The notes below the pieces were generated by a model. That model saw only the letters and a program-made list of their open reading frames with translations. It did no database searches and was not told the DNA's origin. A stretch of 43,481 nucleotides of DNA from Octopus sinensis (Eukaryota). Made by a program: the position numbers and the translations under genes. Shown here one piece after another: positions 35,481 through 43,481 of the stretch; position 1 is the first letter of the stretch, and each line of letters begins with the position of its first letter. The stretch is from contig NW_021834983.1 in NCBI RefSeq assembly GCF_006345805.1, forward strand, positions 1 to 43,481, in the 5' to 3' direction.

Positions 35481-36094
35481 TCATAGATCGCTATGACTAA
35501 TGACTCTAACACTGCATAACATTACTGCTTACAATACGACTGATACTAACTACTAATGAATATGGACAATCGGAGCTGATTGTGTATGACGTCACTCCAC
35601 CATCGAATCACGCGACTATATCTTGTCACCAACACTGTCCGTTGTCCAAGGACCGCGGATACATCGGGTGTCCATCGATCAAAGCTGACCATTCACCCGG
35701 TAAATATGGAAGCCCGGGCATGCCCTACATGTGTCCTTTTTCTCTCAATCATATTCCGTTCTCCCTGTCCTACAAAGTGCGCCCCTCCTGCGTTACAGTG
35801 TGCACTGCCCTTCTTTCAGGCGTACAATATGCTGACTTTGTCCTACGATCAGAGCTTCCTTCTAATAGCCCCCACTATATGTACCTCTTTCTTCCAGCCC
35901 TGCAACCCACTCCTACTTCGCTGATAATCCTGCAATATATAGATCCCTCTTCTTCCAGCCCTTCATTGTCCGGACCCTTTAACAAATATTTCCATAAATT
36001 TCCCCCAGCTTTCCCTCTCAGGACACCAGCAGAAAAATGCAAGATGAGAAGCTAAGATTAATTTCATCGCAAGAATTCTATAGTAAAAGTGGAA

Positions 36095-36297
36095 AACTGG
36101 CAGAATCGTTAGTGCATCGAACAAAATGTATCGAACAAATCCCAGCTTTTTACGTTCTGAGTTCAAGTCCCGCCGAAGTCGACTTTGCCTTTCATTCTTT
36201 CCGGGTCGATAAAATAAATACCAGTTGAGTACTGGGGTCGATGTAATCGACTATCCCCCTCCCCCAAATTTCAGGCCTTGTGCCTTTAATAGAAAGG

Positions 36298-36298
<1 letters not shown>
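36095..36298 (+). mobile_element. SINE family 1 followed by (CAT)n to 36370
   Basis: CTGAGTTCAAGTCCCGCCGAAGTCGACTTTGCCTTTCAT...GCCTTTAATAGAAAGGAT. Confidence 0.8.
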
Positions 36299-36370
<72 letters not shown>

Positions 36371-36744
36371 CAGGTTTTGTTGTAACTCCTGGAGTCTTGC
36401 ATGTGTAGCAGGCTTACTACCTGCACCCAATGGTACCATGCTATCAATTCTTTTCAGCTCTATAATACTTTCCTGATTATTCTGGCTGTGCCAAGGTGGC
36501 AAACCTTTTGTAACAGTTCTCCTGAGCACTCTATTCCAATTTCTTTTATATTCCTCTTGATGCCTTCTTTTACTCTTCCCAAGGACCCAACAATAATTGG
36601 CACTATCTTCACCTTCTTCATTTTCCATAGCCGGGCTATTTCGTACTTATATCATTATTATCATTATCAATAATATTAATACGCCAGCTTTTTGTCTTGT
36701 ACGTACCTGTTGTAGGCGTCACACTTCATAGATGTGGCAAAGCG

Positions 36745-37000
36745 AGAGAGAGGAAGACAGAGAGAAAGTAAGAGAGAAAGAGAGTGAGTGAGAGAGAAAA
36801 GGAGAGTGAGAGAGAAAGAGAGAGAGTAAGAGAGAAAGAGAGAGAGATTAAGAGAGAAAGAGAGAGAGTGAGAGAGAAAGAGAGAGAGTGTGTGAAAGAG
36901 AGAATGTGAAAGAGAGAAAATGTGAAAGAGAAAGAATGTGAAAGAGAGAGAGTGTGAAAGAGAGAGTGTGTGAAAGATAGAGAGTGTGAAAGAGACAGTG
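36745..37000. repeat. (GA)-rich degenerate repeat
   Basis: Direct reading. Confidence 0.9.
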
Positions 37001-37995
37001 AGTGGTGACGACGTTCGTTTTGTGTTTTTAATTTTTTTTCACATCGTAAGAGAAGCAGATACATTGATACATATACACATTGTTAACATCAAAAACGAGA
37101 GAGAAGAGGGACAGAAAGGAAGTGAAAGAGAAAGAGAGAAAGTGAGAGAGAGAGACAGTAGATACTTAAATCCAAAGTATAGTTCATACATAGATACATA
37201 TATATACATACAGCAAATATTGGATGTCAGTTTCACTTTTCATTACCACACGAGGATAAAATTAACTCACAAATGGCTGAGTACGCCATAGACATGTATA
37301 ACATTAACGTAGTTCTCAGGGAGATTCATCCTCTCACAGAATATGACAAGGCTGGTCCCTTTGAATTACAGCTACAACTCGAGACATATGAATGTATTTG
37401 TGTGTGTGTAGTTTAGGTTAGTTAAAACATGTTTGCAATAATAAGTGTCGCCTGGTGGAAATAAACGCAATTACCAAACTTTCATTCGCGAATCCATTTA
37501 TTATTTCGTTCTTCTGCATTCCAATTTGTACATTAAGTTTCTTTGAATATGTACGATGTATTTTAAGGTTAAATAGTAATTCTGTTTACGTTCGTGTAAC
37601 TGAGATATTTTGGTTGATGTTACATTACATTCTATATTCTATAACTGTCACAATATACTTTTCTAGGCCTGGATTTTTTGTGGGGAGGGGGCCATTTGAT
37701 TAGATCGAAGCCAGTACACAAATGATACTTTATTTATCCACCCTGAAAGGACGAAATACAAAGTCGAATTTGAACTCAGAACGTAAAGACAGACGGTCAT
37801 AATATACAAACATTTGTCATGGCACCAGTACACTGTTTACAGATGCTTACATTTTTAATGTTTTCAGTGAATTCTTCACAGGTCCAGCTATCCTTCTTCT
37901 TCTTCTTCTTCTCTTCTTTCTTCTTCTCTTCTTTCTTCTTCTTCTTCTTCTTCTTCTTCTTCTTCTTCTGTCTTCTTTTCTTCTTATTCTTCTTC

Positions 37996-38036
<41 letters not shown>

Positions 38037-38039
38037 GTT

Positions 38040-38460
38040 AAGGCGGCGAGCTGGCAGAATTGTTATTTAATCGTCGATTAAGTAAGTACCAGTTACGCAC
38101 TGTGGTCGATATAATCGGCTTAATCTATGTGTTTGTCCTTGTCTGTCCTCTCTGTGTTTAGCCCCTTGTGGGTAGTAAAGAAATAGGTATTTCGTCTGCC
38201 GTTACGTTCTGAGTTCAAATTCCGCCGAGGTAGACTTTGCCTTTCATCCTTTCGGGATCGATAAATTAAGTACCAGTTGAGTACTGGGGTCGATGTAATC
38301 GACTATCGCCCTCCCCAATTTCTTCCGGCAGTTTACGTTCTGAGTTGAAATCCTTTCGGGATCGATAAAATAAATATCAATTGAGCTCTGAATTCGATCT
38401 AATTGACTCATTCCTTTTCTCTCAAAATTGCTGGCTTTGTGCCTAAATTTGAAACCATTA
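38040..38460 (+). mobile_element. SINE family 1 dimer/multimer, preceded by (TTC)n(ATT)n
   Basis: Head AGGCGGCGAGCTGGCAGAA; internal junction GTAGTAAAGAAATA|GGTATTTCGTC at 38185/86. Confidence 0.8.
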
Positions 38461-38782
38461 TCATTATCTTGCGCATGACCGTATAAATCTGTTTTCTGGC
38501 AAATTTTTTAATGTTTCACACAAAAGCGATAAGACGTTACGACTCTTATCGTCCTGGACAACACCAACTCTCTTATCCGTTCTCCTTTGTGTGATCTCTT
38601 CCGCTCTCTTCACTTCTGAGATTACATGTTTTTAGATATATTCAAACATTTTATTCAAGTTGTTCAATACTTAAGCTATTCTCTAGATTTTGTTTGTCTC
38701 GTGAACAAACATCAGTCTTAGGGATCTTATTGACTTAAACATTGTGATCCTTGCATAATTAACTCTTTGCCAACCCAAAGCA

Positions 38783-38915
38783 TCTCTATATATATAAACG
38801 GCATAATGTCTGCGTGTGTATCCTTTATACAAATCCACAATTTTTCAGTTAGAGGGCTCGCACTATGGTCATTCAAAACCGTCAAAGGGTTGCGTTGCCG
38901 GGTCATAAGTGCTAG
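38783..38915 (+). mobile_element. Minimal Helitron derivative (133 bp)
   Basis: A|TCTCTATATATATAAACGG 5' end; GTTGCCGGGTCATAAGTG-CTAG|T 3' end with degenerate hairpin. Confidence 0.55.
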
Positions 38916-38970
38916 TTTTCATATATTTGTCCTAAACTTTCATGCCCGTTAAAAAAACAAAAAACAGAAT

Positions 38971-39408
38971 GGATCTTTTCGGTTTGAACGGCAGTTTTTT
39001 CTAGCGGTGTCATATGAAATTGTCACCCATAATTATGACCCTAGTATCGATCTATTGCATTTCAATCTATTTTAGGCTTAGGGTTAGTTAGGGTTAGGGT
39101 TAGGGTTAGGGGTGGGATTAAGGGTATCTTTTTTTCTTCACAAATGTAAATAAACCCAATCTGTTTCTTAAACGAGGGACATATTCATACGGCACAGAAT
39201 GTTGTTTACCTCAATGGACGTCAGTGATTGGTTGAAATTGCAGAAATTGAAGAAAAAAACAGTAAATATCTTACAAACTATAGAATTTTCTCAATAAAGC
39301 CAAGAGAAAAAGATGTTTTATAAACACATTCTACCAGTATACGAAGTTTAAAATTTTTTAGTTACCTAGAAATTATGTTAAAAACTGCCGTTCAAACCGA
39401 AAAGATCC
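38971..39408. mobile_element. GGATC-terminal MITE with TTAGGG array
   Basis: Perfect 28-bp TIRs; TSD AACAGAAT/AACAGAAG (7 of 8); TTAGGG tract at about 39071-39124. Confidence 0.9.
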
Positions 39409-39620
39409 AACAGAAGTAAAAACCAAGCCACATCAATCTGTTCTTTCTAGAAAATTCTTCACCATTATTCGATGCATTAACACTCCTATATGTTTAGTTT
39501 AGATTTAAAATGACTAATAAATAATTAATTAGAAACAAGTAGGGCTGCTAATTAAATCCGTCAAAAAATTAGTAACCTTCATCCTAAAATGTCTATAGAT
39601 AGTAGACTGCAATGTAGAAA

Positions 39621-39651
<31 letters not shown>

Positions 39652-39737
39652 GATGTTATTATTATTTGTTCCTAATTAGTACCGGCAATGACAAATCTAG
39701 ATCACAACAACCTTTCTTTCCAGAATATATATATATA

Positions 39738-40382
39738 CAGGGGTTGGACAAAATAATGGAAACACCTAGCATCATAGCATCATAATTATGAAATTTCTAG
39801 AAAACCAACAAAAGTTTGTTTATTTTTATGTTTTTTTTATTTATTATTAGTGTTGCTTAATATGTTTTGCTAAAATTGCTCTTTCTTTTCAGATATCATC
39901 AGAAAAAGGTAATTAAAATTCATTAAAATGACAGATCGATCGGACTTTCAAAGAAGTCAAATTGCTGGTGCTCATATGGCAGGCGCTAGCGTAACGAAAG
40001 CAGCCAACATGTTTGGAGTATCAAAAGTACTAGCTCGAAAATAATGACAGCCATTGAGAAAGAGGGAAAAAAACCTCCTCGTCGAAATAAAACTCCGGAA
40101 GAAAACCAAAACTTTCAGATAGGGACCGTCGGACTCTTACACGAATTGTTAGAAAGGATCTCACAAAAGTACAGCTCCCTAAATTACTGCAGGGATTAAT
40201 GACCAGTTTCGCCGGCAGCTGCACAAAGCCGGATTTCACAGGAGGGCTGCAATCAGAAAACAATTACTTTCAAAAACAAACGTTGCAAAGCGTTTAGAGT
40301 GGAGTAAAAACCTACAGAATTGGTCCCTAGAGCAGTAAAAGAATGTTATTTTCTCGGACGAGTCATCCTTTACCTTATTTCC
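39738..40382 (+). mobile_element. 3'-truncated Tc1-like transposon
   Basis: TA|CAGGGGTTGGACAAAATAATGGAAACACC 5' TIR; ATG at 39928; frameshifted MTDRSDFQRSQI..GRKPKLSDRDRR..RRQLHKAGF..RLEWSK..VIFSDESSF (first catalytic D). Confidence 0.85.
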
Positions 40383-40429
40383 TTCTCTCCCACTCTTTTT
40401 CTTTCATTTCTCTCTCTCTCTCTCTCTCA

Positions 40430-40461
<32 letters not shown>

Positions 40462-40605
40462 CACCACAGCTCTCACCGTCTCTATGCCTACTATTACTCT
40501 CACCCCAGCTCGAGGAAGTGTCATTGAATAGTGAGAGAGTAGAGGGTCAAAGTGTGACACACTGACACACAGAAATTAGTTTTCGCATTTATTATATTAT
40601 ATTAT

Positions 40606-40653
<48 letters not shown>

Positions 40654-40924
40654 GGGTGGGGAAGGAAGGAAGGAGAGAGAGAGAGAGAATGAGGATTAAA
40701 CATTACTCGGCCAAGACATCTGATGCAATCATTACTTAAGGATGTTTTCATATCTCTCAAGAAAAGATGGTCAGACAGACAGACAGATGGACGGACAGAC
40801 GGACAGATTGTCGGTCAGTATAAAAGGCAGACACGGAGACAGGCAGACAGACTGACAAAGGAGTTAGTCATCAGCTTTAGAAAATTAAGACGTATTCTTA
40901 AGATGGACGGAAGATGGTGAGGCT

Positions 40925-40926
40925 GG

Positions 40927-40979
<53 letters not shown>

Positions 40980-41345
40980 TGATGATGATGATGATGATGA
41001 TTATTATTGTTGTTGTTTCAGTTGATGTTGTTTTTGTTGTTGGTGGTAGTGCTGGTGGTAGTATAAGTAGTAGTAGTGGTGGTGGTGGTGGTGGTAGTAG
41101 TAGTAGTAGTGGTGGTGGTAGTGGTTGTGGTGGTCGTCGTCGTAGTAGTGGTGGTGGTAGTGGGGATGGTAGTAATGGGTGGTGGGGGAAGTAGTGGCGG
41201 TAGCAGCGGTGCTACTGCTGACGTTGCTGTTGTGGTGGTGGCGGAGTTTGTGATAAAGTACTGTAAGGACAGCCAAAAACAGCACCACAAAGAAAGAATA
41301 GGAAATAGACGCTGATAGTAGTAGTGGTAGTAGTAGTAGTAGTAC
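40925..41345. repeat. (GAT)n and (GGT/AGT)n trinucleotide cluster
   Basis: Direct reading. Confidence 0.95.
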
Positions 41346-41935
41346 TCATTTCTTTTATTAAGTACAAGGGCCTATGTCTTTCAAGAAGCGAACAGTTCTC
41401 TATATATGTGTTTGTGTATGTGTTTGCATGTATATGTGTGTGTGTTTGTGTGTGTATTTGTATGTGTGTTTGCGTGTGTGTATGTGTGTGCGTGTGCGCG
41501 CTCGTGTGTGTGTGGTTGTGTGATTTAACATGCACAATATTTAAATTCGAGCTACTGCTAGTTTCATGCTGTGAAAATACGATTATCTGACCAGCTTCTA
41601 TAGTGTGTCGTGTGTTTCCAAGTAATCCTCTAGACTCATATATACAATGTGGCTGGTTTCTGACAGAAAAAAAAAGACTAGAAAGGAAACTGGACAATGA
41701 GGAAAAAGAAAAAGGACAAGAGGAAGGTAAAAGAACAATGTAGAATAAATAAAAAGAGAGAAAAAAAAAGAAAATGGAGCGTTCGAATCAGAATTGATAT
41801 GGTTGATGTAAATTAATTCAAGGTGGGGAAAGTTAAAGTTTGTGAAACTGCATGCTTAATATGGAGAGGGTATGCCTTTTCCAGTTCAATAAAAGAAACT
41901 TTTTCAGATGCTTACATTTGATGAAAGTTTCAGTT

Positions 41936-42146
41936 CTGTATCGCCAGTCTATGAGTATATACGCTAGACTGTAGCCTGCTGGCGAACAAGCTGAGTTTGT
42001 GCATTGAGCATGCGTGATCGATAATGTTTAAAATACTAGCGCTGCTTATTATTCATATTTGAATTTATTCTTATATCTGCATCGTCGTGGCATACCAGCA
42101 AATGGTTTTTGCACTATTTGTATATAGTTATAGACTGGCGAATCAG
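41936..42146. mobile_element. Small MITE with about 27-bp imperfect TIRs
   Basis: CTGTATCGCCAGTCTATGAGTATATAC versus GTATATAGTTATAGACTGGCGAATCAG. Confidence 0.6.
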
Positions 42147-42466
42147 TTCGCCTGCAATTCATTTCAGGTATGTAATGTTGATAAGCCACAAAAATGGTGA
42201 AACATCGATGTTCATCACTCTTGAATGGGATCTGGGGCGAGTCGTCTCACCTGTCTTTGACCTTCATGTGTTCTAACACCCGGAGATGTGGGGGAGTCTT
42301 TCCTGCCGCGCTAAACAGCAGCCTACTGGCAAACAACCATCGTACACGTATTGAGTATGTGTGGTTGATAATATATATATTTTGGTTCAATTTTTCTCGA
42401 AGAGTTCGGTTAAACCAACGAAAGCGCTAATAAAGAATTATCCAAAATTCTGACTGCTTCCTACAT

Positions 42467-42510
<44 letters not shown>

Positions 42511-42523
42511 CTATATATATATA

Positions 42524-42567
<44 letters not shown>

Positions 42568-42569
42568 GA

Positions 42570-42733
42570 GTATATTTTTGCCATTTAAATGTGGCTAACC
42601 CCTAGGGTGGATGCTATCCTTATAGGGCACAGAAAGTGTGTCAATAGCCAGTTGGAGGAGGTGTCCTCCTGGGGCTACAAGCTACAGTAGCATCCACCCG
42701 TAGGGGTTAGCCACATTTAAGTGGCAAATATAC
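42570..42733. mobile_element. Small foldback MITE with about 46-bp TIRs
   Basis: GCCATTTAAATGTGGCTAACCCCTAGGGTGGATGCTA versus TAGCATCCACCCGTAGGGGTTAGCCACATTTAAGTGGC. Confidence 0.8.
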
Positions 42734-43339
42734 TTCACGATGTCGTGTAGCTACTGTTTATACCTCGCTCAGTGTGTGTGCGTGTGTGTGTATAGATTTA
42801 TGTGTATAGAAGGAAGGAAGAATGAAAGAAATACAGACAGAAGGAAAGAATATGTCATGCGCGAATAAGAAGTGTACGAAGCGATTAGAGAAATTGACGG
42901 TTTGTCGTAAGATGTCGTAGAAAAGACAGCAATTGAAGAAATCCTATTTGAAAAGAATGGACAGTAATAAGGAGGAAGACTTTGAAGATTATGGCAAGTA
43001 TTTGCAGAACAGGTTTTTGGTTTTGTTACGTCTGTCAATTCTGGCAGTTTTGGATGTTCAGTTTCTTGGGGAAAATAAAAACAACAAAAAAGATTTCTTT
43101 GTTTTAAAGGAAAAATTTCGTTGTGTTCTTGAGTAAGTAGAGCTGGGTTCAAGAAGAATTGGTGTAAGCGTGTCATCCTGATGCTCTTGGTCGATGTTAA
43201 GAGAATAATTCTTCAATGTAGGAACTTGTCGTTTAATGTATCTGTGTGTGTGTGTGTTTATAGGAAGAATTTATAAAGCACGATTTATTCGGGATGAGAG
43301 GTTTTCGAAAACCGAGGCACTACTGTACTTATTTCAATC

Positions 43340-43481
43340 ACATTATTTACATTTGACGGATATTTGTCCTCATCTAGTTTGTTGTTAACACAACGTTTCG
43401 GCTGATACACCCTCCAGCCTTCATCAGGTGTCTTGGGGGAAATTTCGAACCTGGGTTCCCATTCCTAAGTTATTTTTCGAT
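43340..43481 (-). mobile_element. Hammerhead-bearing tail, copy 3 (runs off the window end; head not visible)
   Basis: Reverse complement of ATCGAAAAATAACTTAGGAATGGGAACCCAGG...GAGGACAAATATCCGTCAAATGTAAATAATG. Confidence 0.8.
43387..43432 (-). ncRNA. Minimal type-I hammerhead ribozyme motif (intact core)
   Basis: GACAC-CUGAUGA-A-GGCUG-GAGGGUGUAU-CAGCC-GAAA-CG-UU-GUGUU. Confidence 0.7.

Noticed and set aside
35560-36630. ORFs 35580-36055 and 36368-36628 as host exons
   Set aside because: No recognisable domain or splice support. Stop-interrupted minus frames faintly resemble decayed RTE C-termini, too weak to call.
39865-39915. 16-nt micro-exon-like AG...GTAATT in the Tc1 5' region
   Set aside because: It lies within a transposon leader and cannot be distinguished from chance without RNA data.
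873-41697. Dozens of ORFs rich in MYVC, YI, HT, poly-I/L/V/H/T
   Set aside because: They are translations of di-, tri- and tetranucleotide microsatellites with no coding evidence.
42160-42335. Splice-like signals (CAG|GTATGT on plus; CAG|GTGAGA on minus)
   Set aside because: Conflicting strands and no recognisable peptide.

Overview
Eukaryotic, AT-rich, extremely microsatellite- and transposon-dense DNA. No host gene, rRNA, true tRNA or CRISPR array can be supported. The SINE and microsatellite landscape suggests a coleoid cephalopod, probably Octopus (inference). Most ORFs in the track are translations of simple repeats. Main contents: (1) a 10.46-kb head-to-tail concatemer of six non-autonomous Helitron units (3695-14154, minus strand) with three different cargoes, including mariner and probable piggyBac fragments; (2) three copies of a short element whose tail carries a minimal type-I hammerhead ribozyme, with a tRNA-like Pol III head and (AAT)n linker visible in two copies; (3) three MITEs with GGATC termini, 8-bp TSDs and internal TTAGGG repeats; (4) decayed or truncated RTE-like, Tx1/L1-like and CR1-like LINEs, plus mariner and Tc1 remnants; (5) at least four tRNA-derived SINE families, one sharing its 3' tail with the CR1-like LINE; (6) several other MITE or foldback elements. 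Coordinates were read by eye and family names come from motif recognition, not database searches.
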